Part shown: positions 25,405 through 39,364 of the stretch, in pieces
Layout: each line of letters starts with the position of its first letter
How positions within the stretch are numbered: the stretch's first letter is position 1
NCBI GenBank assembly: GCA_000388065.2
Contig: KB932203.1
DNA from: Fonticula alba ATCC 38817
Taxonomy: Eukaryota > Protista > Nucleariida
DNA length: 64,000 nt
Strand: one strand, 5' to 3'
Notes under the pieces: model-generated
Databases searched by the model: none
Told to the model about the DNA's origin: nothing
What the model saw: the letters and a program-made list of their open reading frames with translations, nothing else
Translations under genes and position numbers: made by a program

Positions 25405-27974
25405 TGGATGCGAATGTGGATGTGTAACACCGCGGCCCAACGACGCGGCCGATGCACCAGGGCTCGTCCACGGCACCCCAACTTGGCGCTGGCGTCCCCC
25501 GGGCCCAAGGCCCTCTCGGGGGGGCCTGCGCCCCCGCGCTACGCCCCTGCACGGAGCGCGGCCTGGAGTTCCCAGGGGCTCTCCTCCGGGAGCCGATGCC
25601 TTTGCGCGGCAACAGCAGTGTGCGCGCGCGCGAGTGCGCGTGCATGAGAGCGACTGCCCCCCCGTTCCGAGGCTGGTGAGCCGGGCCCGGGGAAGGTCCC
25701 CCGGCCGGGATTGTCCGGCCCGTGTAACGGTGGGGAATATCCCGGCCGGGGGGGGGGGGGCGGAGGCGGCACCCAAGTGCACACCCGCGCCTTGGCCAAG
25801 CCGTCTCGCGTTTTCCGACATGTACTCCCTTTGTTTAGGCCGCTTTTCCAGTACAGGCGCCCGGCGGCTGGGGAATTCCTCGGCCCCGCTCAGGCGGCGG
25901 GCTGCCTCCTCACCTGGCACGGGCACACTCGAGAGCCGATCACTTCCTCCCGGCGGTGTGAGTGTGCGTGTGCGTGTGCGTGTGCGTGTGCGTGTGTGCG
26001 TGTGTGCGTGTGCGTGTGCGTGTGCGTGTGGCCAAGAGCTCTGCCTGAGTTCGGTCGGCTGCGATCAGCTTGACATTCACGACACGACCTCTCCAGGACA
26101 GCCAGTCATGGCTGGCGCTGGGCCAGGAGCCTCCCCCCCCAGCCTCCGGCCTTGTCCCCTTCCCCTCCCAGGCCCAGATATCCCGCTCCAGACTTTGGCC
26201 CCCGGCCGCGTGCAATCCGATCGGGGTAGGGTGCGGTTCCTCCCCGACAAGCAGCCACACGGTCGGGGCGCCCATTGGGCGGCCCCCCAGCGCTAGCGCG
26301 GGATTTCGGTCCGATACTTTTGCCCACTGGGTACTGGCCCCCCCCCCCCCCCCCCGGGTCCTCAGACCTGCACGAACGCACACAAGGGATGGAGTCATCT
26401 GTTTTCATCCCCTCCTGGCTGGCTGCCAGGCCGGCCTGGGGGCTGAGCCCTGGGGAATGCCTTCCTTCCTGCTGCTCCTCCTTGTCCCCTGGCGGTGATC
26501 CCCGTGCAAAAAGGGGCCGATTGTGCTCACTGCTTCCGCGGAGGGCGCACCTCGCTTCGCCCGCGCCTCCGAGCCCGGGGGGGGGGTGAGGAATGTCCCG
26601 AGCACGTCCGCGGCGGCGGATATCGGACGACGCACGCCGGCCGCCGGGCTTGTGCTCGGGCCCTCGCCCCTCGGTGGCCGAGGTGCCCATGGCATTCTAA
26701 TAGAGCACCTCCCTGGGGGCCACGGCCAGGAAGCTCCATCGCTGGTCCACTGCGGGATCCGACGAGGGTTGGTTGCTACTGCTGCCTTGGGACAACCCTC
26801 AATGGGTGGCCGTTCAACACGGGCGGAACTCACCCCCACCAGCACGGCAGGCCTGGGCCACCCCGGCCGCCGGTGTGGGGAGCAGTCGACTTCGCGGAAT
26901 TCCCTCCCCGCCCGAGAGACCGCTCCATTCACCCGGCGGCCGCATCCTCCTCCTCCCCCCCGGGCGCGAGGCGCGGGAGAGGGGAGGGGGGGGGGGGGGG
27001 CAGACTTCGGGCCAGACCAAGAAGGTCTTCTCTGCCTCCCCCGGGGCGAGATAAGGCGGGCAGGCAAGTAGATACTGGGCTCTATCTCCCCGACCAAATC
27101 CGAAAGGCCCCATTCTAGAAATGAAGAACATATGAGAGAAGTCACGACATGTATATCACACCGACACTAGGCAACATGATATCCTCTCTTCCGAGCAGCC
27201 GGCCCCACACCCGCCACCTCCCGGAGTGCTATGTGTGTGAAGCTGTCGAGGCTGTTTTTCGCTTTTTTTTTCTTCCCATTCCTCACCCGCACCGACCACC
27301 CACACGTACACGCATGTACACTGGGGCAGGTGCCATGGATAAGGCCCCGCCCCAGAGCCACTGCCACAGGACTGAGGAGGGGGGGACAAGACGTCCGGCT
27401 GCAGACAGGCACCTCGATCGGGCCGCGAGATCATCGCCAGGTGCAAGGACACACACACACACACACACACATACACACCGATTGCGTGCAAATCCCTCGC
27501 AGTGAACAGCACACCTAGCCCAAGGCAAGGGGTTTCGCGCACCCCGGTTTTCACTCCCTGCTCCCCCGCCCCTCGCCACCCTCGGTGGCCTTCTTTCCCA
27601 CGGGCACATGCCTATATTTCCCCGAGACAATCCTTCCAGCCCGGAGCAGCAGCGGCCGAAGGATGTCCATCTCTCGATGGCGGTAGGCGAATCAACCAGA
27701 CACCTGGGCACACGTGCCATCTTCGCGTTTACATGAACGTATTATGTATGTGTACATGTGCGTGCTTGCGTGCGTGCACGCATGTGTATCTGGTTCTGCC
27801 GGGCACGAACTGTGTGCCGGGATCTTGCAAGTCCTCGACCCGCAGGGGAGAATGGACAGCACAGGGTATGTATGTGTGTGTGTGTGTGCGTGTGTGGGAA
27901 TGGGTGTATATGAATATGGGGTGTACTTGGGTGAGGCACAGGACAGGTGTCCGCGCGCACCGGCGTGCGGGCCT

Positions 27975-28340
27975 TTAATCAGACTCGTCGCCAGAGTCAA
28001 CATCGCCATGGTCTGGGGGTGTTGGCCGCATGGGCGAGTGGAGCGTGCGCAGATAGTTAGCGAGGTGGACCGCCGGAAGACGGGAAGAGAGAGGGAGGGA
28101 GAGAGAGAGAGAGAAGGAAGGCACGAGGGGCGCCCCGGGATCACGCACTGAGATGAATGACCTGGAGCAGGGCGGCGGCCTCAGGAGACCGGGACTTGGC
28201 CAGCTGGTATGGCGACTGACCCTCGTTGTTGAGGAGGTCGCGCGCGGCGCCGGCCTCAAGCAGAGTCTTGATGACGGCCGGGTGACCACCCCAGGCAGCC
28301 ATGTGGAGGGGGGTGTCGCCAAGCTTGTTCTACAACGGCA

Positions 28341-28372
<32 letters not shown>

Positions 28373-29181
28373 CGAGCCGGTATGGCGAGTGTCAGACAGG
28401 CTCGGTGGCAAAGTGTACATGGGCAGTGGTGGGCAAAGGGCGGGGGCGTGCCGTGGGCTCGAGCATACCTTGACATCGAGGACCGGCTTGCGCTGGAGGA
28501 GCAGACGGACAGCCTCATCGTGCCCACCGCGAGAGGCCCAGTGAAGAGGAGTGGCACCGGAGTGGTCGAGGGTGTTGACCGACAGGCCGACCTCGAGAGC
28601 CTCCTTCAGGAGCTCGACGTTACCTGGGGTGTGCATATGAATGGATCCCATAGGGAAGCGCGCGCGCGCGCGCGCGCATGTGTGGGTGTGCGTGTGCGTG
28701 TGTCCAGCATCAGTATGCCAGGGCGCGCATTCTCAAGGGGAGAGGGAGGAAAAAGGGGCGCCCAGGGGGCAAGGGGTGTCGCGGAGACGCACCACGCTTC
28801 GCGGCCTCGTGCAGGGGGTGCTCAACAGTCTCGGCATGCTCCTCAACTGCGCGGGTGGTGAGGCGACAGGATGTCAGATATTCGGCGCCTGGCGAGGGGG
28901 GGATGCATTGGGGAGAGACACGTACCGTAGTTGAAGGGGATGAGGCCCTGGCGGCCACCGCTGCGGCAGAGCCACCACTCGCCGGAGGCATCAAGGACAT
29001 ACAGCAGATCGCCCTCGCTGATGGAGAGCTCATCCGAGCGGACAGCCTGGATGCGGTGGGTCAGTGGCCGGGAGGCAGGGGGCGCGATCTGGAAATGGGG
29101 CAGACGTACAGTGTAGTCATACATGGCGCGGACAACGCGGACGCCAGAGCCGCGCTTGGCAACAGGAGGGGGAGGGGCCAT
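27975..29181 (-). CDS. OSTF1: Osteoclast-stimulating factor 1 homolog (SH3 + ankyrin repeats)
   Basis: MAPPPPVAK...VRVVRAMYDY / DELSISEGDLLYV...WW...GLIPFNY (SH3); EHPLHEAAKRGN, GATPLHWASRGGH, NKLGDTPLHMAAWGGH (ankyrins); acidic end DVDSGDESD*. Same domain order as animal OSTF1. Confidence 0.92.
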
Positions 29182-31906
29182 TATGCTGATCGGAAAAGGG
29201 GGGCGGAGAGAGAGAGGGAGAAAGAGGGACAGGGGGAGAGGGAGAGAAGGAAGGAGGAGGCGATGCGCAGGGGGCAATCAGAGGGGGGGGGGCAGGGCGG
29301 GGGATGCGGCGGTGAGGCAGCGGAGAATGCGATGAGGCGCGGGCATGCTGCCCTGGGCAGATTGCTGTGGCCAGGGAAAAGTGTGTTTGTGGCGGCCCCC
29401 CTCCTCGGCGGGCCGTTTCCCCTGAACGGGGGCAGGCCGACCACCAGGCGCGGGGAGTGCGGGGTTTCCTGCACCCTCCCCCCGGCGTATGGGCCTTTCC
29501 CCCGGGGCCTCCCTCCGTCCGCCCCCCGCCCCCCCCCCACCCCCTCCAGTAGGGCGAGTGCATGTAAACACCGGCTCGCACGCCAGTGCGTACGGGTGTC
29601 CCCGCCCCGTTCTCGCCAGCCCCGGGCCCTCCCCCCCCCCCCCCCGGGTCTGTTGGGGACAGGTTATGGGCACTGTTTTCAGTTACCTCCGGTCATCGTC
29701 CCGACTGCCGAGGAGGCGGGAGTTACGGCCTCCCGGCTCCCGGGCCGGGCATGCTCAGTGGGGGGTCCTCTCGGGTCTGCGGGCGCTCCCCCTTAAGTCG
29801 AGGGGGGCAGCGCAGACACCGGGGAAGAGTCCCACCGGTGGATCGTGGGGGTCACCGCCGCCGGTGCAAGGGACGGGAGAGCAAGAGGAGCAACAAAGAC
29901 GCGGGGGGTGAGAGAAGGAGCGACAAGGAAAGCCGGCGAGAGTTGGGACCCCCCTCCCCCCCTCCCAGGGACTTGTCTACCACCGGTCGAGGGAGGAATG
30001 ACAAGAATGCCGCGGGGGCATATATGCTGCGACCGAGGGCGCCTGGTCGTGGGCCCCCTCTGCCTCTGTTCAACTAGCCAGCTCGGCGGGCGTTGCACAG
30101 CGGTCATCTGTGTCCTGGGCTGGGGGGAGCATGTTATGATGAGGGCTTAATCTGCCTTATTGTGACGAGACACCTCCGGAGGTTCAGCGCCTCCGGGCCG
30201 CCGCGGCGGACCGTTTAGGCGCGGGTGGCCGGTTTTTGGGCACTTTATTTCCCACTCCGCCCGTGTTTTTCCCCCAGGACGGGCGAGGCGGGGGGGGGGG
30301 GGGGAAACCAAGGGACGCTCGGCGCGGGGTAATATTATTATTCAGTCAGCTCCGGCCTCATCATGCTTTGGCCGGGGCGCGCGACCTAGGCGAACGGCCG
30401 CCGCCCTCCCCCGAAAAGAGAACGCGGGGCGCGCGGGATAACCCGCCATTCCATTTGTCCCGCCCCTCGCCCGGCCACCGGCAAGGAATGCACCCTAACA
30501 GACCGGGTGCTGCAAAGGCAGATCCTCCTTTTCTGGCGGGTTTCTCCCGGGCCTCTCCCGCACATTTTGTCCAGTCGGCCTGGCGGGATCTGGCCACCAA
30601 CCGTCGCTGCAGGAAGAGCCCCGCCGGGGCCTGTACAGGCCAATCGTCCCCCATCGGAAGGCTGGGCATATCGCTCCGTCGGGAACTAGCTCCGGGCGAA
30701 CGGGAATGGGCAGCCGGAGAGGCACGGTGTGTAATCATGTGCCACTGGTACCACGCGCATAAACACATGACCATGATCCGTTGGTATCCTCCCGGTCTTG
30801 TCGTGAGTGTCGCGTCTTGACCACCCGCGCCCGCGGCACAGCCCTGCTCCCGCCTCATCCGCGGACGCTCATTTGCATCCACTGGCGAGGACCCACGGAA
30901 CAAAGGCGCCAGAGGGGCACCCGCCCCCCCCCCCCCCCCCCCTTTCAGGAAGAAAGTCCGAGACTGAGAGACCCCTTCCGGAGGGGGCGAAAGGTCGCGA
31001 TGCCTCCTTGCCGATTTAGATAATAGCCGCCCCACAGCTTACTCAGCCCCTTGGGACCGTGGCCGTGTGTGGTGGCCGCCACCTGGCCCGGTGTTCGCAG
31101 CATGGCAGCCAGCCCTCCGCGTTGGGCCGGGGTGCTGTGGCGCGCAAGCGGGCGAGGGGGCCGCCACCGACCGCAGTAGACGCCCGGGATTGGGCCCGGC
31201 GCGTTCACACTCTTTCTCTCAGTCCCCCCTCCCTCTGCCTGCTTGCATGCCCCTTGGGGGGGGGGGGGGGGGGCGGGGGGCAGCGACCATGCTTGCCGGG
31301 TCCGTCAGCTACATGCAGCGCCAGGAGAGGCACACCGACGTCTCTCCCGGTCTCAGGGGCCGGGCCGGCGCGGGACGCCTGGCCGCGCGCAAGCGGCTCC
31401 GGCCGCGGCACGCGACGTCGTCCAGCTGCGGTGTGGGGGGGGGGGGGGGGGACGACCCCCCGCCCCCTGGAGCCCGCTGGGCAGTTGTCCCCCCGAGCGG
31501 GAGCGACCCTTTCTCGCTTGCCAACGAACCCCCCCACCTCCCTCCTCCTGGCCCCGATCCGATCGGCGCCTAGTCCCCCAATCGCCTCTCAACAACCGGG
31601 CCCAAGATCGACCTGCACTGCTAACCCTCCCGATGCTCTCGTCCTGCCCCCCCCCCCCCCGTCCCTGGTGCATGGGACGGCATAAGTGCCGCCTCCGGTG
31701 GAAGGACAACACCCCGAGCATCCAACCATCTATTCTCCTCCAGACATCTCTCCCTCACCCCTCTCATCCGATCCCTCCGCACACACATCCCCCTCCCCCT
31801 CCCGACCCCTCCTACCACACAGCCAAACAAGGTTCGTTCCCCTGTCGCCCCTTCCTCCTGCCCGTGTTGGACGGCTTCGCTCACCACCGGACGCGCCTCA
31901 CCAGCG

Positions 31907-33151
31907 ATGATGATGCTGCTGCTGCGCTCGCGGGCCACCGCCCACCGGTGTAGGGGGCTCCTCTCACAGGCGCTTGTGAATCGGCCAAAGTCGGCCACCC
32001 CGCGCCACTTGGCCCTTGGTGTGGCTGCCGTGACCGGGCTCCTTGCCGGCGGGGCCTGGCTGGCCGGCGAGCAGTCTGCCCTTCGGCCAGCCCCCTCCCC
32101 CGGTTGCTGGGGAATGGCGCACCTCCATCGGCCGCTCGCCCTCTCTGCCACGCCTCCTTCTAACCTTCAGCCCCCTGCTGACCCCCGGACACAGTCGAGT
32201 ACTGTGGGAATGTCTGCCTCATCGTCCCAGCCGCACGACCTCGTGCAGGCCGCCACCCTTGGCGAAAGCGCCGCCCTCACCACGGGCATTATCTTCGACT
32301 ACGGGCCCGAGGAACAGGCCGCCGCCGCATCTCCACCACTCCCTGGCATGACTCGGGTCACGGTGCGTGTCCCGATTACCATGTGCTTTTCTCTCTCTCT
32401 CTCTCTCCACACCTCTCCTGCATACACGCACACACGCACACACGCACAAGCACGACATTACTTTGCCGTGCGGTCCCGCTCACCTCATCCGCCTGTGATA
32501 CATAGATCGACCTCGCAGTGGCCATGCGTTGTGGGAGCTGCTCGGGGCTGGCGCGCCGGGCTCTTACATCCATCCTCCAGTCTCCGGAGGCCAGTCGGGT
32601 GGTCTTTACGCCGGTGGCCATCGGCGTGTCACTCCCTGCCCAGCGTGTGCGCGTTGTGCTGGACGTCCTGGCCGATGACAGCAGCTCGGCCGGCCTCCAG
32701 ACGCTTGAGGACCTGATGGTGGCTGCCCTGGCCAAGGAGGAGCTGGAGGTCCGGCCATCCGGCCGGTCAACCTCCCACGCGGATGGCGCCATTGTTGCCG
32801 AGTTCAAGTACGCCGAGTGGCCCGCCATCCCGACAGGCCCCCCTCCTTCCAAGACCGACGCAGCTGGGTCCTACCTCGGGGAGAATGTCCTTGGCTTCGA
32901 CACGCGAGCGGACCTCTGGTGGCCGGCCCTGCCGCCGGCCGGCACGCCGGCCAAGGGCATCTTCCGTGCCACGCAACACACCCCGGATCGGCTGCTGCTG
33001 CATGTCCGGGTGGATGGCCTCGCACCGAACCGCACCTATGGTCTCATGGTGCATGAGACCGGTGACGTGCGCGACTCCGCGGCCCCTCTGCGCGCTGGCG
33101 ACTGTCTGCTCATTGATTCGCAGTATGTGCTCCCCTTAACCTCTGTGCCCT

Positions 33152-33204
<53 letters not shown>

Positions 33205-33694
33205 TCGCCCCCTTCCCCCTGTCCTTTGTGCATGTGCCTGACTTTTGCTCATGGAATCCCCCATCTATCTCTCTTGGTCCCTCTTGCTCGCCATCGGCCT
33301 CTCCCCCACGCAGACCCGTTGGCAAGCTGCTCAATGCCACTTCCGACGCCGAAGGACGCATCCAATTCGATGGTCTATCGCCCCCCTCGACAGCTAGTCT
33401 GTCGATCAATGACTTCATTGGATATGTGGTGGTCTTGCATACGTTGCCGGTATGTGTCCCCCCCTCCCCCCAGAGCATGCTCTCCTGCGCCCCGCCTTTG
33501 CACCCTGCTCGAGTGACCCCTAACCAACCTCGGCATGCGGATCCACACCCTCTCCTGCGCGCCAGAACGACGACGGGCCCACCAATACCTCGCCGGCAGC
33601 CACGTACGCCGTGGTGGCCCGGTCTGCCGGAGCCGGCGAGAATCCGCGCCTCATCTGCGCTTGCGACGGGACGCCCGTCTGGCGTGGCGAGTAG
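31907..33694 (+). CDS. CCS: Copper chaperone for superoxide dismutase with N-terminal extension
   Basis: Exons 31907-32362, 32506-33122, 33314-33449, 33566-33694. HMA motif MRCGSC; SOD-like domain (GLMVHETGDV); domain III VVARSAGAGENPRLICACDGTPVW with the CXC motif. Start codon is ambiguous (31907, 32210 or 32348). Confidence 0.9.
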
Positions 33695-33742
33695 GACAGT
33701 CTTCCTGTGTTCCTCTCTGCACCCTCCGCATAAACAACCAAT

Positions 33743-33775
<33 letters not shown>

Positions 33776-34262
33776 CCATCCAAGTCCGCGGGCCCCTCCC
33801 TCCTTTTTGAAGCGGGCAAAAAAGCACGGGGACAGAGAGGCGGAACAAAAGAAAGACACCAGAGACAGAGGACAAGACGGTCGTGCACACAGCGCAACAC
33901 ACCCGAAGGATGTGCCTGACAGTCTAGGGTGACAGCGATGTACATGACCCACTTCGCCTCCGCCCGCCTCCCCTGGCGCGGCTTGCCACGCTCTTCGAAA
34001 AGGAGGAGGATAAAAAGCAAGCGCCGCCGCGGGCACAGCAGCAAAACGGCACCATGAACCAGGGAGGCTTGTTTATGTGTGTAACGTGCTGATAAGTGTG
34101 CGTGCGCACGCGTAGGGCACGAAAGGCAGGTGTGTAGTGGGGGGGGGGGGGACTCTCGAGGGAGGGCTCTGAACAAGGGGAGGGGGGAAGTGCCACCACG
34201 CGCGCGGCATGCCGCATTGTGGGGGGGAGAGGGCCACGGCGGCGAGGGAACAACACGCGCAT

Positions 34263-35343
<1,081 letters not shown>

Positions 35344-36144
35344 GGTGACAGGTACACGACAAATGCTCGGGAGAATCTGCTGAGGAGGGGGAGAACACAG
35401 GAATGTCAGGATTGGTGAGGGGTGCGAAGCCAAGTGCCAAGAAAGGAGGGAGGGAGAGAGAGAGAGAGATAGGAGGGAGTGCGACATGTCCCTGTGAGGC
35501 GCGGCAGGCGGTCCGGGAAGCGAGGCGTGTATGTGTGCGAGGGTGTACGAGCGCGGGCGCCCGATGGTGGAGGAGAATGGGTCACGCTCCCCACCGACAC
35601 CATATACATGCGCGTGCGCGCGCGCGCACACACACACACACAGACATGCCTCCCGTCAGGCCAGTCACGCGCTAGGGAGGAGAGTCGACTGCGTGGGGGA
35701 GCCGAGAGGAGAGGGGGAGAATCACCGACATGGGGTGATATATACTGCATTGGTGTGAAGCAGGAGATGGGGGAAGAGGAGAGGGAGAGAGAAGAATCCA
35801 GTGTCGCCGCCTGTGGGCACAGGGCGGCTCTCCGACACTCCCGAGGGGGGCTCTCCACGAGAAGCCAGTGACACCGACAGGGCGTCTGTGGAGAGGGGAG
35901 GGAGGGGGGAGCCAGCGGGGAGCGCGCTCGCGCGCAGGCATTCGAGGGCGAATGGAGCAGGAGGGAGAGGGAAGAGGAGGGGGAGGGGGAGGGGGAAGAA
36001 GAGAGCACGAACCTCGACAACTGTGCGTAGGTCTGGCGGTGGGGGAGCTACGTGTGACCTGCCGACATTTCAATTCGCCGGGCGCTGGGGAGGGGCGGGG
36101 GCGCGCGTGGGGCCAAGAGAGAGCCAGCCACGTCGGGTCCGCAC

Positions 36145-36550
36145 GGGGGGGGGGGGGAGCCACGCACACCACCCGTGTGCGTGGTGGTTCCCCCCCTCCC
36201 CCGAGCGGGGGTCGGGGGGCGAGGGCGCTCTCACATTCCCGCCTCTGTCAGACCACATTACACAGGGGCCGGGATATCAGCCCCGGCCCGGGAGGGGGCC
36301 GGGGGCAGCAAGGAGCGGCAGGACAAGCGTGGCTGGGGGCTCCGTCGGGGGGGGGGGGGGGAGCCACGCACACCACCCGTGTGCGTGGTGGTTCCCCCCC
36401 TCCCCCGAGCGGGGGTCGGGGGGCGAGGGCGCTCTCACATTCCCGCCTCTGTCAGACCACATTACACAGGGGCCGGGATATCAGCCCCGGCCCGGGAGGG
36501 GGCCGGGGGCAGCAAGGAGCGGCAGGACAAGCGTGGCTGGGGGCTCCGTC
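36145..36550. repeat. Two-copy 204-bp tandem duplication
   Basis: GAGCCACGCACACCACCCGTG starts at 36157 and 36361 (offset 204). The copies look identical through GGGCTCCGTC except for the length of the leading poly-G. Confidence 0.95.
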
Positions 36551-37358
36551 CCCGGTAGCCGGTCCTCCGCACGCGCGAGCGCGCGCGCGCGAGTGCGCAC
36601 GCTCACGTTCGCCGCCACCCCCCCCTGGGTGTACCAATATGACACCCCGTGGCGGGCGGAGGTGCGCGCGCGCGCCCCCTCTACCGGGCGCGGCAGCCCT
36701 GACCCTCGGCCATCATGGGCAGGTGGCCGCCGTGGGGCCACAGCTGCCAGCGGCCAGGGCGCGCGGCCACATGTACCCGCCCACCGCGCGTCCGCCTGGA
36801 CCCATTGTCGCCCCCCGCCCCCCTCCCCCCCCCCCCGTCCAGTGATGATACCGGCGTCGGTACCTGTCTCCCCGCTCTGGCGTCCAGCCCCCCTCCCTCC
36901 AGGGGGGATGGGGAGAAAGATGGACCGTTGGGAAGGCGTGAGCTGAGAGTGGGTCAGCCCTGCTGGTGGTAGGGTGAAATGCGGGCCATTGTGGACTCTC
37001 AGCCCCGCCCCGGGCACGGAAGGTCAAGGGACAGCGGAGGGGGGGGGGGACGTGGGACCCGCCAAATGCAGGGTGCAATCCTAATCGGAGTTACACGGCC
37101 CTGGCGGGGACCCGGAAGAACACCCAGCAGCCCCGACCCTCGCGCCCTCAGACCGGGCGCCCGCGCCCCCAAACGCAGGGAAAAAAGGAAGCCAGAGGCG
37201 CGCAGGCGGGCACCGCGCCTGGCACACGGGGGGCCAACCGGGGGCGCGGGAACTCTTCGGACCATGTGCGCCTCTCTCCTGCCCCCCCCCCGTCCTTGGA
37301 AAAGAGGGCGGGTAGGCGTCGCTCTTGGGGCTGGCTGGCTCGCTTGTACCGCTCTAGG

Positions 37359-37396
<38 letters not shown>

Positions 37397-39364
37397 GAGG
37401 GACAGAGGACAGGCCCGGGCCGAAAGAGGGACAACACACGTCGCGGTTGCCCCCGCAGGCCCGATGATGCGCGTTCAAAGCTCCTGGGCCCTTCCCCCTC
37501 GGCGCCCCCTGCCCGGGCGCGCGCGCGCGCGCCCACCAGGCTCGGGCGGGGGGAATCAACCGGGGCCTCCCGGGGGGGGGGGGGGGGGGGGGGGGGGCGG
37601 GACAGCAGCCCGGGAGGTTGCGAGCCATTGCCATGGCCACCCGGGCCAGCCCCGCCCTTCCTCCCAAGGCTGGCCAGGCTGTCAAAGGGACCTTGCCCGA
37701 CTGCGCGCCCCTCCCCCCGTAACTCCGGCCGGGAGAATGGAGCTGACAAGGAGACGGGGCGCAGGGGGGGGGGGGGGCGCGTGCCCGCGCGCTGAAAGGA
37801 AAAGGCCTCGAGGGAAAGGAAGACACGACCCAGCGCCCGGGTGAGCCCCCTTCCGAGACTCCAGCCTCGTTACCCCCCGCGGCCTCGGGTAAACAGCGTG
37901 CACATGCGCGCAATCGGCCCTCACGTCGCGGCTGGCCCTCCCTGCCACACGCCCACGCGGTGCACGCACATGCCCTCTGGGGAGAGTTTTCTAGACTGTT
38001 TCAATCAGGGCACGAGAGGGTGCATCCATTCCCCCGGCCGCCCCCCCCCCCCCCCCCCCGGCCCCGCTGGCTCGCCTCGAGTCCTCGCACTCCTGTCCAC
38101 ATCGCCGACACACACACGGCGTCCTTCGCCTGTTCTTCCCCCTCAGGCCCTCCTCATGCTCCCCACCCAACGGGCAGGCCCGAAAATCTGCCCCAGGCGG
38201 AGCAAGACGGAAAGAAAGTGGGGGGGAGGGGGGGCGCGGGGCGATCACCCGCGGGCTGCGTCCCGCCCCCTGCACTCATGGCCGAAAAGATCCACCACCA
38301 GAAGGCTGGCACAAGGAGGACCACCCGCGCACGCCCTTCCCCTCTGGTATTTGGGCATCATCTCCCTGTTTTGCCCCCCCCCCCCCCCGCCAGCCCAACC
38401 AGTCACGACGGCCCGACGCAGGAAAGGCCGCTTTTTAAATGCCCCCTCACATATAAGGTCCAAAATCCCAATGGACCTTTTCGCTCAACCCCCCCCCCCC
38501 CCATCACCCCTGCACCAGAATATCTGAGGCGCATTCTGGTGTGTGTCAACTGAATCTGATCAACTCATCCACATTTACCGCCCCAGAGACCAGTCACCAG
38601 CTTACACATCCAAGTTGGGCATTTCCTCCATGGCCGCGCCACGAAATCGGGGTTTAGCTTCCAAAGGAGTCAGACCCTGTCAGACCAACGGACCACTGAG
38701 GTGCCATCCCATGCGCTGGTATTTGTTCGGCCGCATGCGGTTGCCAATGGATGGGCCAACCTTGTTGGGGTAGAGCCGCGACGCAGCACACCTTTGAACC
38801 GGAAGCCCACTGCGACCGCCCGCGGACCCCTCTCTGTGTTCGGAGATACCCTCCCTCTTTCGGAGGTGCGTCACATGTCAAAACAAAAGCACATGGACGC
38901 CTCCACTGCCCACGGGATGTCTGTTCGTTCCCGGCTGCGGGTTTTCGCGTCCCTTGCCTCGCCTCCCGTGCCTTCGAACGGGGGATATCCCCTTGACGGA
39001 TGCTCGACCATTTGCCTATGCGTAGGTGCGTGTGTGCGTGTATGTATGCGCATGAGTTGGTGTTTTATATTTCACAGCTAGGAATGATGGGTGGCATAAG
39101 TCCGTACACATGCGCGTTTAGCATGGGGGGGAGGGGGGAGATGCAGCGGCGGCAGGGCATGCACATGCGTCGTGGGGGAGGTAGATCTGGAAAGCGGCGT
39201 GTGCGTGTGTGTGTGCACAAGTATGTCTTTTGGGGAGGAGGCCGCGTCTATCGGCATGGGCCTCCTCCGCGAGGGGACACCACACAGATACATGCCATGG
39301 CACGCATGGACACATGCATGTGGTGGTAGTAGTACCGCCCCGCCGGCGGGAGGAGGCCACCTTT

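Noticed and set aside
30136-30142. Box C-like ATGATGA in the OSTF1-CCS spacer
   Set aside because: No box D (CTGA) within snoRNA distance and no terminal stem.
30948-31015. GAAGAAAGTCCGAGACT resembling the RNase P/MRP CR-I motif, followed by a hairpin
   Set aside because: No complementary CR-V/P4 3' strand downstream, and the upstream sequence is poly-C.
38680-38874. 64-aa minus-strand ORF with NKVGPSIG, reminiscent of cytochrome c
   Set aside because: No CxxCH heme motif and no further similarity.
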